Source: a virus
Taxonomy: Duplodnaviria > Caudoviricetes
IMG/VR virus record: IMGVR_UViG_3300029448_000049
Coordinates: 1-55,772 of that record
Length of the DNA stretch: 55,772 nucleotides
Reading direction: 5' to 3' (one strand)
A program made the position numbers and the translations under genes. Position 1 is the stretch's first letter; every line of letters starts with the position of its first letter. Shown here piece by piece: positions 28,142 through 36,025 of the stretch. The notes beneath the pieces are model-generated. The model did no database searches. It worked only from the letters and a program-made list of their open reading frames with translations, and was not told the origin of the DNA.

Positions 28142-28351
28142 TCATAAGCCCATCCTTTTCTTTATTTTATTCATATCTGTTGTTAGTTCTTTTATTTCAT
28201 CAATAGAACCTTGCATATTTCTGTTTAAAACATCCATATTATTTTGTATTTCTTCTATTGTTTCTACAATAGCATCTATTTCTACTAATGTATCGGTAAC
28301 ACTATAAGATTTACCAGGATCATTTTTAGGTTTAATTGTTTTCGGCATCAT
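28142..28351 (-). CDS. Small coiled-coil protein
   Basis: AAGGAG RBS; heptad pattern. Confidence 0.6.
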   Translation of the reverse strand: MMPKTIKPKNDPGKSYSVTDTLVEIDAIVETIEEIQNNMDVLNRNMQGSIDEIKELTTDMNKIKKRMGL

Positions 28352-28626
28352 TTTCTCCTTGTTTTGTTTTAATTAACTCATCAATCAGTTTATTTTCTTT
28401 AATTTTTAACAAAGCAATTTTATTCCTTGTCTTTTGTAGTGTTAAAAGCAGTTCTTCAGTACTAGATACTGGATAAAACATTAACTTTCTCATCTTACCT
28501 CCTCATATTTAAATTTTACACCCACCAACAGGCCTAAGCCCTCAGTGCAGTACTATCGATGATGGGTGTTTACCGTAGTCTGTTTTGGCACTTGTCAGGC
28601 CACTACAGTATGTTGTCTCCTACCAA

Positions 28627-29115
28627 TCAACTCTTTTGTAATTCTTTTAATCTTTTGTTGATTTTATCGGCAGCTTCATAAAACTCATTATCTATTGCAT
28701 TATCAAGAGCTATATGTAACTGATTTATCATAGCAGATGTTGAATAAGTAATATTATTCTTAGTATAAGAAATATACTGTTTCTTTATACGCTCATGATT
28801 TCTAATTTCTTTATCTAGTTTATCTTCTATCTCTTCTAGAGTACTTCTATCAGTTTCATCTAAGAACATTGCTGTTTGATATTTAACAACTCTATTAATA
28901 AGTTTACTAACATCTTCAGGTATTTTACCTTCTTCAATAAGCTCTATTATCATACATAATTGCCTATCTAAATCATTTATATCTGTGGCTTCTGCAGCTT
29001 TTATGAATAAATTATCACATTCACGACAACAAAAATCAAAGTCTAATATTTCAGCACTTAGTTTAGTTTTAGCTGTTTCTATTTTACCACATATATCACA
29101 TTTATATGTTGGCAT
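28627..29115 (-). CDS. Zn-ribbon plus UVR (UvrB/UvrC) motif protein, McsA-like architecture
   Basis: CDICG...CCRECD at the N-terminus; LDNAIDNEFYEAADKINKRL at the C-terminus. Confidence 0.7.
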   Translation of the reverse strand: MPTYKCDICGKIETAKTKLSAEILDFDFCCRECDNLFIKAAEATDINDLDRQLCMIIELIEEGKIPEDVSKLINRVVKYQTAMFLDETDRSTLEEIEDKLDKEIRNHERIKKQYISYTKNNITYSTSAMINQLHIALDNAIDNEFYEAADKINKRLKELQKS

Positions 29116-29204
29116 AAGTCTCCTCTTTTGTTATATATATCTTATCGTAAGAGTCTGACATATCATTTAAAGCTGTTTCATAGGTTTCTAATTCATCTTC
29201 CATC

Positions 29205-29465
29205 TTAAAACCCTCCTAGTAATTTATTAGCCATTTTTCTTGCTTCTTCAGACATATTAGGCTTACTACGAGTACCGCCTTTACTTCTTTTACTATATAA
29301 TGTCTCAGATTTATCTCTCTGTTCTATTATATGGTTTGACAATCTTATCATTGTTTCTAGATTGTTAGAATCTACTGCATGTGACAGTATTTCTACTATG
29401 TTAGCTACTGTTTTAGACTGCATTACAGTAGGATCTAAACTTAATTGGTTAGGATTAAACTTCAT
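29205..29465 (-). CDS. Hypothetical protein
   Basis: 86 aa, AAGGAG RBS. Confidence 0.6.
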   Translation of the reverse strand: MKFNPNQLSLDPTVMQSKTVANIVEILSHAVDSNNLETMIRLSNHIIEQRDKSETLYSKRSKGGTRSKPNMSEEARKMANKLLGGF

Positions 29466-29476
29466 TTATTACTCCT

Positions 29477-30031
29477 TTATTCGTATTTATAGTGACCAGT
29501 TATCTCAAATTTAAATAATATATCTTCAATGACTACTCCATTACCACCATTATGGATAATAAGAGGAGTACCATTTATAGTATGTATGTGTGACACTATA
29601 CCTATATGTGGTAGTGTACCATCACGTAAGTTCCAGGTTATTATATCTCCTGGATTATATTCAGCGTCAAATCTACCAGTTATTGGTTTAGAGTAGCCAT
29701 TGTTCTCAAAGAAGACTCTTAAGTGTTTAACTCTTCTGTGATCTATATTATTATCAACTTCATAGGGCGTATCATATAAATGATTGTTGTTTATCATATC
29801 TTCATACACTAATTGTTGTAAATCAATACCACAACAGTCACGATAAGCTCTAATTATTACATCAGTGCATACACCTATATCTCTAGGTATATCACCGTTA
29901 GGATAGTCTATTTCATAGTAATTACCATCATATTTTACATGACTATAAGTCTGTTTAACTGCATGTGCTACAAATACATCAAAATCGACAAATCCATAAC
30001 ACATGCTTAATAACAATATTATCTTTATCAT
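29477..30031 (-). CDS. DUF1287-family protein with a signal-like N-terminus
   Basis: YPNGDIP..GVCTDVIIRAYR..GIDLQ..NIDHRRV..PGDIITW..HIGIV. Confidence 0.85.
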   Translation of the reverse strand: MIKIILLLSMCYGFVDFDVFVAHAVKQTYSHVKYDGNYYEIDYPNGDIPRDIGVCTDVIIRAYRDCCGIDLQQLVYEDMINNNHLYDTPYEVDNNIDHRRVKHLRVFFENNGYSKPITGRFDAEYNPGDIITWNLRDGTLPHIGIVSHIHTINGTPLIIHNGGNGVVIEDILFKFEITGHYKYE

Positions 30032-30528
30032 AAACTATATGCCTCCTTTTTATGCTTATACAGAACATAGTTAGCATCTATCATATCTTGTACTCTTATT
30101 CTATGGTTAAGATTATATGTTTTGTCAGATTGAGCTATATCACCTGAATCTTCCTTATTAAAATCTGCATCTAATACTTGAAGTATAGACTCTGTAAAAC
30201 CATTCTTTAAGTCATCTAGCTTTTGCCAAGTCATATTATAACAAGGATAAGAACCACCATATAAGCCATTTCCAGCTCTTTCTTGCTGTATCATACCCTT
30301 AAATAGGAAATATTGTATCAACTTCCTAACTACATCTATATCATGAAAAGCCCATCTATCGTTACTATAACTACTAATAACTTTTTCAAGATCATTAAAT
30401 GATTGAATGTTTGTGCTACTATATATCATTACAACATTCTTTAATAAAACATCCTTTTGCAAGATGTCTCTAATGCATAAGCCTAACGAAGTACCTATGA
30501 CTTTATTCTTTATATCTATATCTTTCAT
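30028..30528 (-). CDS. Hypothetical protein
   Basis: 166 aa, ATGA-coupled on both sides. Confidence 0.65.
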   Translation of the reverse strand: MKDIDIKNKVIGTSLGLCIRDILQKDVLLKNVVMIYSSTNIQSFNDLEKVISSYSNDRWAFHDIDVVRKLIQYFLFKGMIQQERAGNGLYGGSYPCYNMTWQKLDDLKNGFTESILQVLDADFNKEDSGDIAQSDKTYNLNHRIRVQDMIDANYVLYKHKKEAYSL

Positions 30529-30734
30529 TTTACCTCCAACAAGTTTCTATTACGTTCATTTATGATAGTTACACCACTATCTTCTAATTTATTTATTAAT
30601 ACATTAATAGCCCATCTATCAGCTTTATTATTAATATATCTAACAAAATATTGTATACGTCCATCAGCATGGATTAAGTCAGCAAAATATACATTAGACT
30701 TATTACCTGACTGATCTATTTTAGCATGTTTCAT
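30525..30734 (-). CDS. Hypothetical protein
   Basis: 69 aa, AAAGG RBS. Confidence 0.6.
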   Translation of the reverse strand: MKHAKIDQSGNKSNVYFADLIHADGRIQYFVRYINNKADRWAINVLINKLEDSGVTIINERNRNLLEVK

Positions 30735-30941
30735 ACATACCTTTCTGCCTAGCTTTTACACTAGGCGTTAATTGGTTTAGGAGAAAATATCTTATGTCAA
30801 GTGTGGTATAAGTTTATATATATAATACGCACACATGCCTACATTTAGACAGGCTATATCATATCATAGTATACATTGTTTATACACTACATTATTGCCT
30901 GTATTAGTTAATATTATAAGTTTTAAGGTAATTAAAATAGT

Positions 30942-30961
30942 AAAAGGGGACCGAAGCCCCC
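30942..30961 (-). terminator. Rho-independent terminator
   Basis: Minus strand reads GGGGGC-TTCG-GTCCCC-TTTT (UUCG tetraloop), 20 nt after the stop of 30981-31349. Confidence 0.8.
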
Positions 30962-30980
30962 AGTTACTGGGTAAGTTAAA

Positions 30981-31349
30981 CTATGGTTGTGGTTTAAGTG
31001 CATCCACAATTGATTTAACACTAGCTGTCAATGCTTTGACATCATTAGATAAGTGATATAACTTCTTATCTGATTTATTAGTTGTAGTATCTGACGCTTT
31101 AGCTAGCTCTATAAGCTGACTTAGTTCAGAGTTACCTTGTTGCTGTGGCACTGTACCATTTAATAAGTTAGGCGCAGCCATAGATATTTGTAACAGCTCT
31201 TGGTTATTGTTCGCCATGAACTGAGTAGACTGCCAGTTAGGGGTTCTACCCTTAAGTGCCTGCATATTCATTGCTTGAATAGCAATGTTATTCTTAGCCT
31301 CAAGGCCACTTAGCATAATTGCTAAGGCCTTCTTCAGGTATTCATTCAT
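30981..31349 (-). CDS. First gene of the early arm, hypothetical N/Q-rich protein
   Basis: 122 aa, AAGGAG RBS, with its own terminator. Confidence 0.7.
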   Translation of the reverse strand: MNEYLKKALAIMLSGLEAKNNIAIQAMNMQALKGRTPNWQSTQFMANNNQELLQISMAAPNLLNGTVPQQQGNSELSQLIELAKASDTTTNKSDKKLYHLSNDVKALTASVKSIVDALKPQP

Positions 31350-31412
31350 CTTGTTCTCCTTTTGTTTATGAACGGATTAAAGTAAATCAAAAATAACTAA
31401 AAAGTAAATTTG

Positions 31413-31432
31413 AAAAACCCCCGAAGGGGGGG
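31413..31432. promoter_or_regulatory. GC hairpin at the divergence point (CCCCC-GAA-GGGGG)
   Basis: Perfect inverted repeat; on the minus strand it reads as a CUUCGG hairpin followed by UUUUU. Confidence 0.5.
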
Positions 31433-31496
31433 TGGGGCACACTATATAGCCAAGCACTAAAATGCTACAATTTTTGAAAGTTGATTAAAATAAGTC

Positions 31497-31525
31497 TTGT
31501 TTTTAAATAATCCATTTAATAAATT
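31497..31525 (+). promoter_or_regulatory. Putative promoter TTGTTT-N17-TAAATT
   Basis: Matches 2477-2505; heads the + strand arm. Confidence 0.55.
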
Positions 31526-31530
31526 TCAAT

Positions 31531-31707
31531 ATGAAAAAATACATACTTACAATTCAATATGATGAAAAAGAAGATACTGTAGAATGGTTACAAGAAGAAC
31601 TAGTAGAAGTTGATTCAACATCAGATATAACAGTAGATGATATAAATAGTCTAACTATAGATGATGTAAAAGTTTTGTTTGAATTAAAAGATTATGCTAA
31701 GGCTTAA
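31531..31707 (+). CDS. Small acidic protein (58 aa, not in ORF track), possibly leaderless
   Basis: MKKYILTIQYDEKEDTVEW...DYAKA; ATG is 5 nt after TAAATT and has no SD. Confidence 0.6.
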   Translation: MKKYILTIQYDEKEDTVEWLQEELVEVDSTSDITVDDINSLTIDDVKVLFELKDYAKA

Positions 31708-31741
31708 CTATTAACGCCTCCTTGACGGAGGCTTTGTTATT

Positions 31742-32473
31742 ATGAGAGTATATAAAGTAAATAGAATAGAGCATACAGTATTCGATGACATCAGCGAGGT
31801 ACCTAGTAGTATAGAAATCGCAAGTAACTGGCGCAGTGCTAATATAGGTGATTGGGTTAAAGCTGATGATAAATGTTATATACAAATATTGCGCAAAGGA
31901 AAGATGATTGTGCCGAAAGGGCGGAACAAGGTTAGGGAATACGTTGGCACGTGCACTGGGACATTTCCAGTAACCTCCAAGGCGAAGATGGACACTTCGC
32001 GCAGACTCAATATTTACTCCTTTGGAGGGAGTAAGAGTTCTGCAGACGTTCTGCTAGATCGGACCGTACTAAGTAAGCACGAACATCTCTTTGTTGGATA
32101 TATTGTATCAGGGTTATCTATGCAGGAAGCTTATATAAAGGCATTTCCTACAAATAGTCCTGGTTATGCAAAACAAAAATCAGCACAGCTCGTTAAAACA
32201 AAAAGGATAATGACTGCTATGAAAGAAGAATTAAAACCTGTTCTAGAAGGATTAGGTATAGATGAAACAAGTATTTTAAAAAATATAAATACAATAGCAA
32301 TGTCATCTGAAAAAGATGAAACAAGATTAAAAGCTTTATTTAAGTTATCTGATATTATGGATTTAGAAGATAAAAATAAAACTACTGTTACTCAAGTATC
32401 AGGAGCACTATTTCAAGGGTTTGCAGATAAACACTTAATAGATGCTGAAAGACCAAAAAAAATCGGAGAGTAA
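31742..32473 (+). CDS. terS: Putative terminase small subunit
   Basis: GLSMQEAYIKAF...AKQKSAQLVK HTH-like segment and RLKALFKL; upstream of TerL. Confidence 0.65.
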   Translation: MRVYKVNRIEHTVFDDISEVPSSIEIASNWRSANIGDWVKADDKCYIQILRKGKMIVPKGRNKVREYVGTCTGTFPVTSKAKMDTSRRLNIYSFGGSKSSADVLLDRTVLSKHEHLFVGYIVSGLSMQEAYIKAFPTNSPGYAKQKSAQLVKTKRIMTAMKEELKPVLEGLGIDETSILKNINTIAMSSEKDETRLKALFKLSDIMDLEDKNKTTVTQVSGALFQGFADKHLIDAERPKKIGE

Positions 32474-32665
32474 ATGAAAGAAGAAAATTCTAGTGATAAA
32501 TATATAAGAAAATCAGCAGATGCTATATTTGATATTATTAATACACCTGTAGGAAAAACTATGCTTCCTCAAGCGCAGGTTTTAAATATTATAGATAGAC
32601 TTATAGAAGGTAGTATTACTGAAGAAGAGTTAATGCAGCTCAAAATGCAAAATGAAAACTACTAA
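32474..32665 (+). CDS. Hypothetical protein
   Basis: 63 aa, abutting its neighbours. Confidence 0.55.
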   Translation: MKEENSSDKYIRKSADAIFDIINTPVGKTMLPQAQVLNIIDRLIEGSITEEELMQLKMQNENY

Positions 32666-32667
32666 AA

Positions 32668-33717
32668 ATGCCTGGGTATATATCAGACTTACTTAGTATT
32701 TGGAATCGTAATTCAAATCGAACTACAGCTAGTAGTGATGGCTTATCTTTTGGTGGAAGTTATAATGTATATTGGTCAAATTATACATATTATGATGATG
32801 AAGATATAAGAGATATAAGTAGTGCAGTTTTACAGGATTACTTTGATTTAGAACAAAATCCAAAAGACTTAAATAGTGTAAGAACAAATATATTTTATGA
32901 CAAAATATCAAAAATGTCTGAATTTACAAAAAATACTGAAGAAGGTTACCGAGAATTAAATAAAATGGTAGCTAAAGAAATATACGGACAAAGTATTGCA
33001 AACCCTGATGAAGCTAGTGTTTATCATAATGAAATAATTAATTCTTATTTAAATAGAAGTGGAAGAGATAATATTTATGATGCTGCAAATTCAACTAAAA
33101 ATATAAAACCTGTAGTAATGCCTGGTGGTAGAGAGTCTTCTATATGTACAGATACAGCTTGTGGAATTTTTGCAGATGCAGGGCTTATTAATTATTTACC
33201 TTGGGACAATACAGCTAAAAAATGGTCTAGTAGTAATGATTACACTATTGACGCTATTAAAGGTAGAAAAAAAAATGAAGAAGCTTGGAAACATTGGACT
33301 ACTGTAGGTTCAGGAAGAATAGAAAAATCATTTCAAAAATTACAGCCAGGTGATTGGGTAATTTATGGAGATGAAGAATTTTTTTTACCTGTAGGTCATA
33401 AAAATAGGCCACCAACTTCAGCAGGTAATGAATCTGGAAAACATTCTTTAATAGTTTTAGATATAACTGAAAACGGAGTATTATTAGGATCAGGTAATGC
33501 TCCTAGCAATGAAAATAGAGGAAGGACTTTAGATACTCGTTTTTTTACATGGCAAAAAATAGGGAAAAATTTTGACAATAGAGCAGCTGAAGTATTTAGA
33601 TTTACACCCCAAAGTGATAAGGTAGTAAAATTTGAACATGAAATATACTCTGGTACAGGAGAGTTTCAAGCTAATGCTGTTATGGGAGAGCTTTTAAAAG
33701 AATTAATGATAAGGTAA
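32668..33717 (+). CDS. NlpC/P60/CHAP-like cysteine hydrolase domain protein
   Basis: ICTDTACGIFADAG...LQPGDWVIY...KHSLIV pattern. Confidence 0.55.
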   Translation: MPGYISDLLSIWNRNSNRTTASSDGLSFGGSYNVYWSNYTYYDDEDIRDISSAVLQDYFDLEQNPKDLNSVRTNIFYDKISKMSEFTKNTEEGYRELNKMVAKEIYGQSIANPDEASVYHNEIINSYLNRSGRDNIYDAANSTKNIKPVVMPGGRESSICTDTACGIFADAGLINYLPWDNTAKKWSSSNDYTIDAIKGRKKNEEAWKHWTTVGSGRIEKSFQKLQPGDWVIYGDEEFFLPVGHKNRPPTSAGNESGKHSLIVLDITENGVLLGSGNAPSNENRGRTLDTRFFTWQKIGKNFDNRAAEVFRFTPQSDKVVKFEHEIYSGTGEFQANAVMGELLKELMIR

Positions 33718-35285
33718 TGTCTAAATATAATTTAAATATTAATAAAGAAAATGTAAGTAAAGCTGAAGAAGCATTATTAATGGCTCAAAAAGATATGATT
33801 TCGTTTGGTAAATTATTTTTACCAGATGATTTTATGAGAAGTGAAACTCCCTTTTTCCATTATGAAGTAGCAGATTCTTTAATGGATATGGATAAAAGAC
33901 AATTAGCTGTTATATTACCTAGAGGACATGGTAAAACAGTATTAACTAAGTGTAGTATTATGCATAATTTTTGCTTTGCTACAAGTCCTTTATTTTATGG
34001 TTGGGTTGCTGCTTCGTCTAAAATTAGTGTTCCAAATTTAGATTATATAAAATACCATTTGGAGTATAACGATAAAGTTTCGTATTATTTTGGTAATTTA
34101 AAAGGAAAAAAATGGACAGAAGACGATATAGAGCTAACAAATGGATGTAAACTTATATCGAAATCAAATCTATCAGGCATTAGAGGAGGAGCAAAGCTCC
34201 ATAAAAGATACGACCTCATTGTTCTTGATGACTTTGAAGATGAAAATAATACCGTTACATCAGAGTCTCGTGCTAAAATTGCCAATCTTGTTACAGCAGT
34301 TGTTTTCCCTGCTCTTGAGCCACATACGGGTAGGCTTAGGATTAATGGAACTCCTGTTCACTTTGATTCCTTTATACAAAACATACTTGTTGGTAAAGAA
34401 AAAGCTAAAAAACAAGGTAAAAAATATAGTTGGCATGTAATTAGTCATAAAGCTATGCAGCCAAATGGTAATTCTTTATGGCCAGGCTGGTTTGGCAAAG
34501 AAGAAATGGAACGTAAGAAAAAGTTCTATGCTGATTCAGGGCAGCCACAAAAGTTTTATCAAGAGTATATGATGGAAGTTCAAAATAGTGAAGATGCTAT
34601 TTTTACTAGAGAACATATAAGATTTTGGGACGGACAATTTAAACATGACGAAGATACTGGAGTTAACTATATTATACTTGAAGACGGAACTGAAAAACCT
34701 GTCAACGTCTTTGCAGGGTGTGATCCAGCTACAGATAGCGCTAGAAGAGATACTGACTTTAGTGTTATCCTTGTTGTCGCTGTTGATGGTGACAATAATT
34801 GCTATGTTCTTGACTATATTCGTAATAGGTCATTACCTGTACTTGGGATTCCTGGAGATGGCAAAAAAGGTATTGTGGATTATTTATTTGATTATCAAAA
34901 AATTTACCACCCTTCTTTATTTACCATTGAAGATACAACAATGTCTAAACCAGTATTTCAATCTCTTGTTTCAGAAATGAGAAGAAGAAATGATTTTAGT
35001 GTTAAATATGTTGCTGAAAAACCTGGTAATAGAATGAGTAAAAGAGATAGAATACAAGAAATATTAGCACAAAGATTTGCAATAAGAAGTATGTTTCTTA
35101 GAAAAGAACAATATGATTTACAACATGAAATTTTTACATTTGGCCCAAGAATGGGACATGATGATACTATAGATGCATTAGCGTATGCATGTAAACACGC
35201 ACATCCACCTAAATCTATGCAAAAAAGTAGAGAAGGTGTTTGGAGAAAACATAGACCTAGCGCAAAAAGTTGGGTTGTAGCTTAA
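33717..35285 (+). CDS. terL: Terminase large subunit
   Basis: PRGHGKT Walker A, IVLDDFE Walker B, GTP coupling motif, GCDPA and HDDTIDALAY nuclease motifs. Confidence 0.95.
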   Translation: MSKYNLNINKENVSKAEEALLMAQKDMISFGKLFLPDDFMRSETPFFHYEVADSLMDMDKRQLAVILPRGHGKTVLTKCSIMHNFCFATSPLFYGWVAASSKISVPNLDYIKYHLEYNDKVSYYFGNLKGKKWTEDDIELTNGCKLISKSNLSGIRGGAKLHKRYDLIVLDDFEDENNTVTSESRAKIANLVTAVVFPALEPHTGRLRINGTPVHFDSFIQNILVGKEKAKKQGKKYSWHVISHKAMQPNGNSLWPGWFGKEEMERKKKFYADSGQPQKFYQEYMMEVQNSEDAIFTREHIRFWDGQFKHDEDTGVNYIILEDGTEKPVNVFAGCDPATDSARRDTDFSVILVVAVDGDNNCYVLDYIRNRSLPVLGIPGDGKKGIVDYLFDYQKIYHPSLFTIEDTTMSKPVFQSLVSEMRRRNDFSVKYVAEKPGNRMSKRDRIQEILAQRFAIRSMFLRKEQYDLQHEIFTFGPRMGHDDTIDALAYACKHAHPPKSMQKSREGVWRKHRPSAKSWVVA

Positions 35286-35294
35286 GGAGAAACC

Positions 35295-35882
35295 ATGGCA
35301 CAAAGAAAAAATAGATTTGGAATGCGTATGCCAGCAGGGGGAAATTCATCTAAAGGCAACAATTTACAAAATACTAATAATGGTATGAATAATAATCCTA
35401 GATTTGCACCTAGAAGACCACAACAATTTAGACAACAAAGTCAAAATGGTGGAATGCCTGCTGGTCAACAAGGAATGAACAATAATGGAAATAATAGGCA
35501 ACAAGGTGGAGCTAGATTTGCTCCAAGAGGACCTCAAAGATTTGGAATGAATCAAGGACCAATGCCAATGTCAGAACAAGGTGGCTCAAATAACAACTTT
35601 GGACGAAGACAAGATCCTAGATATGTTACACCTCAAGATAACATAACTTACGAAGGTCAAGGAAACGGCCAAGACCCTAGATATGCTCCAAGAAACTCTG
35701 GTGCAGGACGTAGGCCTGTAGGATTACCAAATCAACAATTAAGAAAACCAGGTAGTGGTGGCTCTAGAGTTATGAGTAGACCTACTATGGGACGTATGAA
35801 ATTTAATAGAAGTCCTCAAAATAATAATAATAATGCTTTATCAAGATATAATAAAAATAAACTAGATAACTCAGGATATTAA
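35295..35882 (+). CDS. Low-complexity N/G/Q/R-rich disordered protein
   Basis: AAGGAG RBS; repeated RFAPR and QDPRY motifs; very few acidic or aliphatic residues. Confidence 0.7.
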   Translation: MAQRKNRFGMRMPAGGNSSKGNNLQNTNNGMNNNPRFAPRRPQQFRQQSQNGGMPAGQQGMNNNGNNRQQGGARFAPRGPQRFGMNQGPMPMSEQGGSNNNFGRRQDPRYVTPQDNITYEGQGNGQDPRYAPRNSGAGRRPVGLPNQQLRKPGSGGSRVMSRPTMGRMKFNRSPQNNNNNALSRYNKNKLDNSGY

Positions 35883-36025
35883 TGACTAAAAAAATGCATA
35901 TATGACCTTTTGAAGGAACGCCACACCCAGTTGGGAAAAAGCATAAAAAAGGACCTAAAGGTACAAGTCATTGGAGTGATACTGAAATATCTCTTGGTAA
36001 AGAAAAACTAAAAGAAGGCAAATAA
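35882..36025 (+). pseudogene. 48-codon ORF with an in-frame TGA at codon 8 (pseudogene, error or recoding)
   Basis: MTKKMHI*PFEGTPHPVGKKHKKGPKGTSHWSD...EGK; TAATG overlaps at both ends. Confidence 0.55.

Noticed and set aside
30735-30940. AT-rich non-coding stretch with TATA runs as an origin or sigma70 promoter
   Set aside because: A minus-strand TTGACA is present but without a properly spaced -10, and there are no iterons; the evidence is insufficient.
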